From Trichoplax adhaerens (taxonomy: Eukaryota > Animalia > Placozoa), in contig NW_002060950.1 of NCBI RefSeq assembly GCF_000150275.1, positions 1,414,106-1,478,105 on the forward strand: a DNA stretch of 64,000 bases. The letters run 5' to 3'. The translations under genes and the position numbers were made by a program. The notes beneath the pieces were generated by a model, which had not been told where the DNA came from, made no database searches, and was given only the letters and a program-made list of their open reading frames with translations. The stretch's first letter is position 1, and each line of letters opens with the position of its first letter. Below are positions 13,631-26,222 of the stretch, piece after piece.

Positions 13631-16600
13631 TCAGGCATTTGCTGGAGTCGTAGGGCCTATATTCGATTTCGAACCTAACAAAATGAAAATTAACAAGTTC
13701 AGCGCAGTAACTAATTGAGTATGCTAAATTTGCATACAACTTACCTAATAACTCATCATCATCGAAATCATCTGCTTTGAATGCGGATCTGGTAGATGCA
13801 ATCACACGTTCAGCACCATCATCATCACTAGGACCTTCACCATCATCGTCACCAGCTAGCCTTGCCAAACGAGTATACGGTGAAGAACGATTCGGATTAC
13901 TAAATAATCAACGAAATAGAAATTCGAAAATTTAGCGGTAAAATGGTGTAATTATAACCTACATTAATATTACAAATGTTTTATAATGTCTTTATAAACA
14001 CATTATAACAATACTCAGAAAACATGTCGTAAATTTTCAATTAATATCTACCCCAGCCTCTTATGTTACGGTAGTATAACTACTCTATGAGTACTATACT
14101 CATATAAACTATTTTAATTATTATCTCAATCTGTTTACAGCTGCAAAAATGCAGAAAGATAAGTAGAGTAACAGCCCTTATTTTAAACTTACCCGTATCT
14201 ATAAAAGACCCAAAGAACTATTCCGAATGCTAGAATACCAACAGGTAAACCTACATACAATCCCAAATTGGTTGGCTTTCCTATTTGTAAAAGGTAAAAA
14301 ACAAATAATAGATCAAATACAATACAAACACAGAACATTTCATACCGCAAAAGTAACAGCCTACTTCATCATCTAGTAATACTTACGACGAGGAGGAATA
14401 GGCGTTAATGCATCACCCTTACAGGGAAAGGTATATAATTTCAGCATCCCCTTTTCAACTCCACCTTTACATTTGTCACTTGGTACTTTACGATACTTTG
14501 CAGTCGTAAAATTACTAGAACCATCATCGCATGCTGACTGATCAACAGCAATGATAGTACAATTACCAGTGCTGACTGGCTGAAAGCCATAATTACATTG
14601 GAAATCCTCCCTCGTACAAACACAGCTTGTTCTCTGGGTAAATGGCTGAAAGTACTTGCCATTATAACAACAAGAGTCCTGCTTCCGAATTCTAAACGTT
14701 TGCTTTTGTCCTAATAAACACTTGTTTTTTCCACTAAATGGATCGCTAGCGGACCAATTAAAATAATCACTTGCTTTGCACATCCGTGGCAGCAATGCGG
14801 TAAAATTTAATCGTACGATTATCCATTGCCGTGTTCTATTGACTAGTACAGTCCCTGCAACTGTAGTGACCAACGTTTTCTGACCAGGTTCAGTGAGTAG
14901 ATTAACTATGTACAGACTATGATTAGCAATAAGTAGTTTCTTCCAATTTAATCCTGAATCGCAGCTGTATTGTATGTAGGTTTTATTTATTTGAAGACTA
15001 TTACCAGAGGAGACAATCAATGAACCGTAGTCTTGAATAATGTAGTCTCTATATGGATCTTGAGCTTCTTTCCAAGTAATGCCTCCATCTACTGAGACGA
15101 AGGTGTTTCTTCTGAAGAAACTTATGCTTTTACCATAATTTCCAGTCGCTACGATAAGACCAGGAGCTGATTTCGAAGAAACTAATGAGTCATACCCCAA
15201 CAGCCTACCAAAACTCATTGATAAGTGAAGTGAGCATGTTGGCAATGAACATCTAGTAGAATTCCCATTTCTGTCGACACTAGGAGCTTTCAAACGTCGC
15301 CAACTGCCACCAGCATCATAGGTTATAAGAGTATAAGATGGCAAAATTCTACTTCGAGGAGACGCTTTATTAGCAATGTAAGTACCAAGCATGCTGTTGA
15401 CTTTATAGAAATCAACATACGGTCGCCCAAGACGCCAAAATACTTCTGGGGCATCATAAACATTATCAAGAGTAAGAGTAAATTTTGTTCCAGTAACATC
15501 GCTAACGTAAACATTTGTCAAATTTGACCTATGATTTACAGCCAAATATACTTGTCCTTCGCTGGTATCCATTATCATATGGTGCTATTTTTTAAGTAAT
15601 TTTCAAAGTCAAAATCAACAGAGATGTTTCTGAATGGTCAAAATTTATTCACCGTGAGTATGTAACCAAAAGAGATTTACCTGATGAAAATCTATTATCG
15701 GAAAATGTGCCTTTTTAAAGCTCTGCCTCTTGTATGATACGTATATGGTTTCGTTTGATAAACTATTTTGCGGATCATATTCTGATTTCTATAAAGATAA
15801 ATTTTGACCAATATCAATAAGTATAACAATTAGATGATGACAATTAATATCTAGAAAAGGTTTATACATATTCCGTATAAGCAAAGGAATAATTTAACTT
15901 GTAACATGTGTTATTCAAATTGTGCTAAAAGTTGTTATTACGTACGTATGCAAATAAATATTGATCCGATACCACCAAACTGTAGGGGAGAATTTGGCCA
16001 ATTTGCGAATCGAAAATATTCATCACATTTCTTTGCACACTTTGAGTATATATATAATACTGGTTATTGCTGCCCATAGCTTCCAGAAATACTACAGATT
16101 GATCTGTATCTACTTTTGGAATTGCCCTATGTGATAAAAGTAGCTTAATTTTAAAATTTTAAGTAACAAAACCCAGCATAATCCCAAGTCCACTGACCAA
16201 AAATATCTTGTAACGAGATTTTTCACTAAATTCCATGACTGTCCATAATTAGTTGAAGAGTATAGCTGAAAAAAAGGATATTTGTGGCAATCAGTAATGA
16301 TAAGTCACAGCCTTTTAATAATAGGTATTGTTATTATCGTCATTTTATAATTCTCTTACGCTGTTTGTGGCGCTAGCGTATGCAATTACATAGCTAGGCA
16401 TAGAGGGATTCCATAGGATAGTTGTGGGGGTAAATGAAATTGACACTGTAGTAAAGCTATGGCCACCATCAGATGAATAATATAACCTTTTTCGAGTGCT
16501 GCCATCAGCAATTAAGACCTTAGAAAATATTAATATAAATCTATGACCAGGATAATAATAGCTTCAAATAAAACTATAACAAGTAATTCAACATCAACAA

Positions 16601-18994
16601 TGTCTCTAATTTGCGAATCAATCTCTCTAATCATTTACCCTATTTCTGTCAATGGTAGATACAGATATGAAGCTTGGTTTAGCTCCAGTAGCCAGTGAAA
16701 CTTTCTGAAAGGTTCTGCCATCATCAACGGATCTGAAATAAAGTTTTAAGAACATGTAAAGGATAATGATATCTCTCTTAGCTAATAAAGTGTCGGCATT
16801 ACAAAAAGACTGCAGCATGCATGGCCATAACGTAATGGCAACACCAAAAGTAATGAAGTAATTCATTATTGTAAGAGTACGTGTTAATTTCACTTTTAAC
16901 TTTACATTTTACGAATATACTTGTATATTAAGGAATCTGCTTTACTATTGATATTAAGTGTATAGCTTCAAGTAGTGCTATAGTACTGTCTATTAATCTA
17001 AAGTCTTACGTTATGCAACATACTATACGTAAATGCGTATTTAGTAACACAATAGCATCGATGAGAATAAACTTTTACCATTAGATTTATCAAAGCTAAA
17101 GAGTTTTGAATACATTGTGATTTCTCACGTTGAGTTTCATTAGCATCAGCATAATGCTAAGTGTTGACGTTCAAAGTATAACAACGGAATGCATTGATGC
17201 CTCCATTAACGAAATTGAATAATCAATTCATCAATAGATGCAATTCAAAGTTTTGTTTTCTATAATTTAATTACGATGATATACATATAAATAAATAACA
17301 AAAATGACGTTAGCCTAATCTTACCGATAAAGTATACTACTCGTTATCACGGTGCGGTTCAATCTCCGAGTTAATAGCATTACGACCTATAAAGTATTAC
17401 AACCACATTATAACAGAAGAATGAATTGTGAACACCAATAACAACTCTATAAGCAATTAACGATGTCCTGAATTCGCAGACTATAACAATATTTAATTAT
17501 TGAAACAAATTTATGTATTACTCTAGCAAAATATTTATATCATCGAGCGATTTACCGTAAATCCATGATCATCATACAGTATAATAATCCTACGTATTTA
17601 TTATTAAGTTAGTTATTACCAACGTGTTGGATCGACCAGTTCTATAAACTATTAAATCAGTGATATCCTTGTGTCATACGGTAGAGTGGCATTCCGTATG
17701 ATGTGAATAAGATCAGCATGAGTATAGAATGCTCACTCTCTATGTATGATATAAAACTCTTGAATGCAATTTTTAATCATGATTCATTTAATTTACAGCT
17801 AAACGAAATAATGGTTAATTTGGGGATTTCGAAAACACGGTATTCTGGTTAAATGCCATTTATCTCACCAAGTGCATTGTACATATAGTACAACCGGGCT
17901 GTCTGAATCAAGTGATACTGTAGCATAGTAGCGTATAGAGTACACAGAACAGTATAGTATAAAAAATAGTATTCCAGGTGCCTGCCTGGTCATGCGTACT
18001 GTTGGCGCAAAATTTTTTTAGACTCGCTAATTGACACTGCTGTAGTGTGCAGTGTGCAGTACACTATAAACCAACAACCATGATAGAGACGGATTACTGT
18101 CCTTGTTGATAATGCTGTCACGAAACAATCGACTATCGACTTGGATAGTCAGTAAAAATCAATTTATTTGTACCGGAGAGTTGCAGTAAAAGTTCATTTA
18201 CTACTAGTAATGGAATTGATCCTAGAAATACACTATATTCTTCCGTAAATCATGATCATAGTGGGCTGTAATCAGAGAGAAACAGTAAGTTCAAGGCCAA
18301 AACAAGTATAACTGTATCATACTGTACTTGAAGGAAATAAGAAGTGAAACCTCCCCAACACTTACTGTAGCTTTAGAAATGGCGACTGACAGCATCATGT
18401 GCACTAAAAATCCAGCAAGCATCGGATGCATAATGTCTTGTATAACCTCATAAAGAGATTTTCAATCACACTCTCCACTAAATCAATCATTCCAGACTTG
18501 GGATAATAGTAATGTATAGAGGAACAGTACGGCCGAAGCCAGTTAAACAGGCCTGGCCGGTAGTGTGGTGAAGTATCCGTGCATTAACGAAACGATAATT
18601 GTAACAGAACAAACTCATGACTATATGCTTTATAGCATCATTTACAAAGACAGGTATTCCTAGGTCCTACCTTGCTATTACGTCCAAGATAGGCAATAGT
18701 CCCACGAAAGCCCGGATCATTGGTGAGTACAGACTCTGATATAACATCATTGTTTCGGCCAGGATTTGCAACGCTGGGAGGCTGTAATGGTGTGGCGTTT
18801 GTCGAGGGGAATGCATCTCGCTTCATTCTTGATCCCTTCAAAACTTCATTGACGACGTCTGTCAAATCGTCTTCTTCGTTAAAAGAAAAATCCAAAGAAC
18901 CATGACGGTCTTGACTCTCTTGTAAAAAGATGGAAGATGAGACAGTGTAAAGGAAAGCTATTAGCAATAGAATAATCTTTCGATATTCAGCCAT
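13631..18994 (-). CDS. VPS10-domain receptor (sortilin-like), paralog B, complete
   Basis: Exons: 18671-18994, 17325-17386, 16639-16732, 16360-16518, 16198-16265, 15946-16126, 15681-15788, 14387-15584, 14193-14280, 13745-13899, 13631-13674. The protein has a signal peptide, a furin site RMKR|D, Asp-boxes (RSVDDGRTF, SSDGGHSF, STNYGQSW, TYDAGGSW, SVDGGITW), a 10CC domain and a TM helix (LGLYVGLPVGILAFGIVLWVFY). The tail carries YTRL and acidic DDFDDDELL, and ends GSKSNIGPTTPANA*. Confidence 0.94.
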
Positions 18995-19039
18995 GTTTTC
19001 ACTGCTTCATTAAATCGTCGTAAGTAATCAAAAAGAAGA

Positions 19040-19565
19040 AGTACAGTGTAATATAGCGTGCTGTATTGTCCAGTACGCTACAATATTGGACAGTACAGTA
19101 CTGTACAAATTATGAGTTTTACCATGAGTCTTTTTGACCTCAAACACGGGTTACAGTACATACAGTACTGTACAGTGGACGGCGTACTGTACACTGTACA
19201 GTATACTGTACTGTACAGTGTGTATCATCACATTTTATCACTTTTGGGCAATATTTTTCTTTCAAAATACGTACTGTACAGTACAGTAAAGCTATCATAC
19301 TGTAGAATGATATATTAGGTTGATAGAGAGATTGTCAAAGATCTGAATCTGGTAAAGTTAGAAAGTTTAACGTGCTCTTAAGTCCATAGATAGTTATAAT
19401 GAAAGTATCACTGACCGTTATACTGTACCGTACTGTATCCCCATTTGTGAATGTTATACTGTACCGTACTGTACACTCAGTGTACAGTATACTGTAGTAC
19501 AGTACAGTACGGTACAGTACAGTACTGTCCTTTGCAGTACATTGTATTGTAAACTCACAGTGTAC
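19040..19565. promoter_or_regulatory. (TACAG/CTGTA)n-rich cluster upstream of VPS10 paralog B
   Basis: Long runs of TACAG/CTGTA pentamers begin ~45 bp upstream of the ATG at 18994. A CRE palindrome TGACGTCA lies at 19588-19595. Confidence 0.55.
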
Positions 19566-19623
19566 AAGAAAAACCCTTTCTACGAAATGACGTCATAGTG
19601 CTACCCGATACGATCTCTGCTTG

Positions 19624-20045
19624 GTACGCTATTTTGAGTCGTCTCATGTGGTTCAACCTACAGTACAGTAGTTCAAACTATAGTCGATATGAAAGGTGAA
19701 TACGCTATTCTGAGTCGTCTCATGTGGTTCAACCTAGTTCAACCAATAGTCGATATGAAAGGTGAATACAGTACGCTATTCTGAGTTGTCTCATGTGGTT
19801 CAACCTACAGTAGTTCAAACAATATGAAAGGTGAATACGCTATTCTGAGTCGTCTCATGCGGTTCAACCTAGTTCAACCAATAGTCGATATGAAAGGTGA
19901 ATACGCTATTCTGAGTCGTCTCATGTGGTTCAACCTAGTTCAACCATTAGTCGATATGAAAGGTGAATACACTATTCTGAATCGTCTCATGTGGTTCAAC
20001 CTACAGTGGTTCAACCTACAGTATAGTCGATATGAAAGGTGAATA
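19624..20045. repeat. Minisatellite, ~66-bp unit, ~6 copies
   Basis: The unit GATATGAAAGGTGAATACGCTATTCTGAGTCGTCTCATGTGGTTCAACCTAGTTCAACCAATAGTC repeats with small indels, some of them TACAG insertions. Confidence 0.95.
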
Positions 20046-20246
20046 AAGATGCCATTGTTGCACCTTCGGCAGTTGGCAATGTCATAATGTAGGTGAAGCT
20101 AGCACTATACTATAGCACCATGAAGATGAACCCTGTCAATACGACACCAAACACAGTACAGTATACTGTACTAAAAGGAAGGGCGTGGTATTATTATTAA
20201 TTAATTTTATTTTAATTATTTACTGCATATATTTTTTACAACTAAA

Positions 20247-20358
20247 ACCGGGGACTGCTCAACAATTTTTCCCTCTAAGAAGAAGAGAGGAAAAATCGTT
20301 GAGTAGAGAAGGAAAAATCGATGAGTAGAGAAGGAAAAATTGTTGAGTAGTCCCAGGT
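20247..20358. mobile_element. 112-bp MITE with ~26-bp TIRs and a TAAA target-site duplication
   Basis: The left TIR ACCGGGGACTGCTCAACAATTTTTCC matches the reverse complement of the right end, ACCTGGGACTACTCAACAATTTTTCC (2 mismatches). TAAA flanks both sides (20243-20246 and 20359-20362). Inside are three ~22-bp copies of GAGAAGGAAAAATCGTTGAGTA. Confidence 0.8.
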
Positions 20359-22259
20359 TAAACATACTGTAGTAAAACCCAAATCGTACTTTACATCAGT
20401 CATTTTTTAACGTAAATGAAATACAGAATCCTACTAGTAGAACTTCATCAAGAATATTCTGATACAATTTTTGGGGTGTCAATGATACGATTGAAGACAT
20501 TTTTTTAAATCAAGTGTGTAAATAATTGTCACTGCTAACTTCAATGGACTACTAGATCTCATGATCTATGTAGTATGTATGCCACGCTATTAAAGACTCA
20601 TATACAATATTGTAACTGAAATAGAAAGAAGTCGAGAAAATACATCTACGAATTACACATACGTACAGTACGTATACAGTCTGTGGACGTACAGTAGAAT
20701 TGCATTTGACTGTGAGACGCAGTGTTGTGCATTTGAGGAAAAAGAATACCCATTAATCTTCACAGAATGTAAAATCTTTGTGATAACACTGGTGAGTAGT
20801 GTGATGTATTGGGCAATGGACTAGCTAAAAATCCAAAAGGTTGAAGTGCACGATGAAGAACTAAGTATTCGAGAAAATAGTCTTACTTTATTTTAAGAAG
20901 TACTAGCAAGCATAAGAACCGTACACGCTAGTTCATTACTGGATAAATAACCTTAGCTTCACCAGGTACCTTAATGATGCAGTGTATTAACATATGCAAT
21001 GATACTGAACTCAATGGAAACAAAATCAAATTATAGCAGCCCGCGTGTAGTAAAGTTTAGTTTGTGAAATGCATAACTGGCTGGTTACGTTGTTGTATTT
21101 ACTGAAGTTACTGTTTGCCTCGGTGTATTTAGAGGTGAATATCGTATTATTGCAAAAGGTACTACAGATAGATAGTAATAAATAAATTTTAAATTAGATT
21201 CCCAAGTAGTAAAATAGTGTTCGGCATACATTCTCTACTCACTTTACATTTATAATATTATAATGTAGCATTAACGCGATGCATTACGACTTACGAGCGT
21301 AGCAGTATGGTTGTTGCTGCCATATACTACTCCAATACAAGTCGCAATTTTTGTCGGCCAATATTTACATATCTATCAAGATTAGAGCTAAATTTCGTAT
21401 TCATTTAAATTACACAGTTAATATCAGCTGATACTATTGGGGAATTGGATCAACCAATAAACCTAGTCAGGCTATTACGATCTTTTTTCATAAGACAATA
21501 ATAGTTTACCGCATAACGAATTAAGTACGACATAAAGTAGGGTATACGGTATAAGTGTATTAATCGAAGTATGAGCTCCCCTTAATCGTTGCTCAGCGTA
21601 TACAAGCTAACAAAGCCTATATCATTCGTAGTCCCACATTTCTTACTAATTTACAGATTTACTTTCCTGTAAAGTTAGAAAGTCATACACTACACATTCA
21701 TATAGATTTAGCTTCACTATTAAGTAACATTATCAACCAACTTCTTCCGCTTGACTACTAATGCATAGAATAATCCGTGTAGAAATCTCGTCATTTTGAA
21801 ACTATAGAATAAATCTTAATGTTGTTATCATTTTGCTATTGATATTTTACTTAAAAAAATGTTCCGATTATAAGAATACGGTTGAATAATGCCGAGTTAA
21901 TCATAATAATTTTAATCTAGTCCTATACAAAATAGATCTATCTTATACCGAGCTAATTATAATACATATATAAAAAATCAAAACTAAACAACAATAGTAA
22001 AACCTAATTAAAATACCATCCAATGATAAGTTAGCTAGCTTTCTTTAGAAACACCAAACAGAAAGTCGTTAAACCTATAATTGCGAACGAATTTCTGTAT
22101 TGGATAAATTTCATAAAAATATAGGACAGAATCTTATCTAGAATAGAAATTAATCTAAACATTCTCTGTCTTTCAGATACGTCGACTAGTCTCGATTTTC
22201 GACATGATAACATGTCAGACCAATCTAACTTTGCCGTCTTACTATATAATAGGTTATAA

Positions 22260-23890
22260 CTATAAATTATTATATTCATTTAAAGCTATTCCATTGCTGA
22301 CACATTTGGATGGAAAATAACCGTATGGCTTTGTCATTAATGACTGGCCATAAGTAAGGGTTCGATCAGACGTGCTGTAATTGTAAAAATATACGAGCTC
22401 ATCTTGATTAATCGATAATTCATTCTTATTACTACTCTTGCTATTCATAATTCCTTTCTTCATTGAAGGCTTACTGTGATGCAATGGATTAAAATTGACA
22501 AAATATCTCAAACCCTTGCACCAATCAGTAAACTGAACCATCGATGTTATAAAGGAAGTTTCTCGAAATTCATAGATTAATCTACCTAAATCGCCTGTCA
22601 TGCTAATAATTCGAAAATCACACATTGGCATAAAGTGAAGATTCTGTATAAATTGTAACAGGGATAATTTCCATGAACTTTAAGGCAGCTGATGACCCCA
22701 ACGGTGGTAGAAAATCAGCTGTTAAAATTTGATAATCGGTAAAACGCTTTCGAATTTGACGTATTGCCAACCTGTTCGTTGTTGTAAGATGAACCAGCTT
22801 TATTTTTAAGCAGAATGCCTTTTTGTCATAACTTCTGATAAAATGTTTCGGCTGTATATATGTCATACTGTTAACGAGGTGATATCATTCACTTTCAGTT
22901 GAATTAGTCCATCTATTGGATAAGATGCTAACAGTAGGTGTCTAAAAATCGAGTATTGCATCTCTAGCTCTTAAAAATAATTGCAATTGCTTACTTGGTC
23001 TAATTAAAAAACGTTCAATATGACCAATCCACCATGGCATTAAATTTTCTCTCCATTCGATGACTTCATAGGCAATGTTACTTGGCATGGAAAAATCAAA
23101 ATAGAGCGGTAATTTCTCGTGATGATCAACATAAAATTGTAAATCAGGCAAATATACAACTTCTGCGTGATATGCTAAATCTTGGTGCCATACTTTGTGC
23201 CCAAGAGTAGTCTTCCAATTTAAGGTACATTTACTGATGGGCGTGAAAATTTATCCGAACGATTTGAAAATTTTCTGCAATTGAAATAGTATGACTGACC
23301 GAAGCCTACCCACTTACTTATATCCAATAACATTGTGCAATTGGTAGCAGATGAAATATCGCGCAATTGATCCACTGGTGGATACTCCTTTTTAATACTT
23401 CCTAGCCAGCCCTCGCATATTAGCTTTCTTACAGTATTACAATCCTTCGGATTTTATAGATTATGTGACTGATCAAGGATAATCTTGCTTGAGTTCTTAC
23501 AGTGATTAAATTGTTCATAAACGATACCTCTGTACTTTTCATTATTAAATATTGTGAAGGTATATATATGCTATTTCTTAGAATATAGTCATTAATATAA
23601 CTATCAATAGAGGTTATTATTATTATGTTATCGTTTGTATTAATTAATTTATAATATTTATAACTTATAAGTACTGATGAAATACCACAAAGAGATAAAA
23701 TTATAATAGCAATTAATACATTGATCCGTGACTGATACAATAGTAGTGTGGTATATTTTGTAAAAGGAAATATTCTTCTCAACTGATCTCTCTTTAAATT
23801 ATAAATAAGAATTAAAATTGCTAATGTAAAGAGTACAATATAACTAGAAAATAGAGGATTATTTACCAAGTCAACGAGTAATTCAATCAT
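22260..23890 (-). pseudogene. Intronless alpha-1,6-fucosyltransferase (FUT8/GT23-like) pseudogene
   Basis: FUT8-like blocks are collinear across frames: N-terminal TM, HNL*NPKDCNTVRKLIC (cf. YLQNPKDCSKAKKLVC), PWWIGHIERFLIRP (cf. VWWVSQFVKYLIRP), LDF*TPTVSI (cf. LGFKHPVIGV), LVHLTTTN (cf. VYLATDD), CDFRIISMTGDLGRLIYE (cf. ADFLVCTFSSQVCRVAYE) and an SH3-like end ELSINQDELV...GYFPSKCV. There are in-frame stops (e.g. 23454-23456, 22942-22944) and frameshifts. Confidence 0.85.
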
Positions 23891-26222
23891 TTCTGATATT
23901 GCTTTAACAGAATATCCGGCATATTACGGCATAAATATCAACTAGAAATTAATAAAATAAATGATATTAAAATAAGCTTTATTCTTACGTAAAAGTAATG
24001 AAATGCATGGATACTCTGAAAATCTTGATGTTATGATTATTTGTATTATCTGTTAAAATTGTGATTCTTCGATTTTTGCTTGCTTGAGTAGACGACAGAT
24101 AGAGCTAGCTGCATCTCATGAAACTAAAAAATTTTTACTAAATATGATCTAGACGACGCTATGGCAAAAAATACCAAAATACCTCTCTGGATCATAATAC
24201 ACGATATGAGCCCTGGTATCTGACACTAGATCTTTAAACAGCGAATTTGCAATTCTAATTAGAAGTACCAGTATTGAATGAAAAAATGGCTAGAGTGAAA
24301 TAGCATATGCTGCTTTTGTAGTATACTGTAGTAAATATAGTACTTGTTTGGTATACTCGTCATACTCTGTACTGTAGATGAGCTATTTAAGCTGCATCTC
24401 TTGCTCTTGATAGGTTGTCTTTTTGTCTTAATCGTTTGCTAACAGAGATAATAAATGACTTAACTCTACTTTTGCTGCTTACTGCGGAATACATAACAGC
24501 TTTACTTTTTTAAAAGTAACCATTAAGCCAATTTTACCGCTATAATGAGCTTGTATGCAGTAATGAAACTAATTATAGACCTCAAAATGCATGCAAACTG
24601 TACACTACTGCACTACAGTATTCATATCCGTAGCACAGATGGTCCTCGATATCAGTATATCTTCGTTAAGAGTCTTAATACACTTTTACAGTAGCTCGTA
24701 AAAACATCCCCTATGTGAATTAACTGTATAGAGTTCCGTATAGCATTTTCCAGTAATGCATATATTGTAACTGTAAACAATTTATAGTGTACCATATTCA
24801 TAGTTTTGAAGTCAGTCTTACTGCAGGCAGTATTTATCATGCATTCGATAAATAAATCGATATTTTACGGTACACGATGTGATTCGTATATCTCTGATTC
24901 AAAATGTTTTTATAATTCGAATCTGCGGATTATAATTCATTGATTCATCGATCGCACTTTACAATTACGCTGAACATGCTAGCCAGGCAGATAAATGTAA
25001 ATATTATGTAACAATCTAACTAATAATATTTGTTTTTGTTTTAAATTTATGCAATCCTGTCAGCGATACCTGCTGTGCAAATGTACAAAGTCGAATTGTA
25101 AGTCAGTTTATTAGTGCATAGTAAGCAGAGGCTATACAAGCGATTTACTCGTAAATAATATCGTCTGATGGTACGTTGCAACTATAAAAACTGGTCTAGA
25201 AGAATAAAAATTGAAGTATGATATTGCAAATTACTGTACTGTACTATACAAAATACGACCATCAGGAAAAAACTAATATTATTACTTGTTAAACTTACAG
25301 TTACTTTCTAAACAAATGAATAATAATATAACTGAGATACTGTACCATCATATCATATCGAGATCGTGATAGAATCGATCAGTATTGAAAACTGCTGCAT
25401 TGCGAGCATTGTTAACACTTTTGCTATTCATGTGCCGGATAGATTTGAAAATTTGCTCGCATTTTCAAGTTTATTACTGCTGTATAAGATTGTATAAGGT
25501 GATAATGGCAGAATACGTACGATAATATGCAACTTTCAAAGAGTTACATTGCACTGAACCTGATAGCATATAAAACAAGATTTACTTTACGCCTATACGT
25601 GACCAGCTTTCTCACGAGTTCAAATTGTATCATTATTGACTTTTAAAAATTGATCATTAGAAAGTACATGTACAATGTACATATATGGTATGAATTTGTG
25701 AATGGGCACCAAAGTAAGCCTGTCGAAACTCTTTAAATATGCGGTATAAAAACTAAAAGCTCTATTGCTCTGGTGTTGTACAGACTTAGTACATTACAGA
25801 AGCTGATAATGTGCTTCAAAGCGCCATCTTTGCAGTTTGTCCAACGATATCTCCCTCTGTCATAGAAAGTGTAAAACCGCATTTTCCCATTGTCTGTCAA
25901 CTGAAAACAACTAATATACTGTGGCCTAAGAACCTACTATTTTTTAAATTGATGTGCCCATCTGTCTAGTATGCTCCCATACTTAAGTGCAGCATAGCAA
26001 TAATGCTAAATTCAGAATGGTATGTTCTCTCTTGGCGTTCTCGATCATTTTTTCTTTTCTTTACTAGTAACTATAAACGAATTCATAAATCCAATTTCTC
26101 GTTGATTACGCTGATACACCAGAGTGTACCGGGGCATGCAGACGAACATTACCGGATTGTACAGTAGGTCACTGTACTAATCCTCGCATCTGTTTCCCTC
26201 AAGTACCAATCACTTCAGTAAC

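Noticed and set aside
19824-20042. 72-aa ORF with a 22-aa repeat (MKGEYAILSRLMWFNLVQPIVD)
   Set aside because: It is a by-product of the 66-bp minisatellite, and neighbouring units carry frame-breaking indels.
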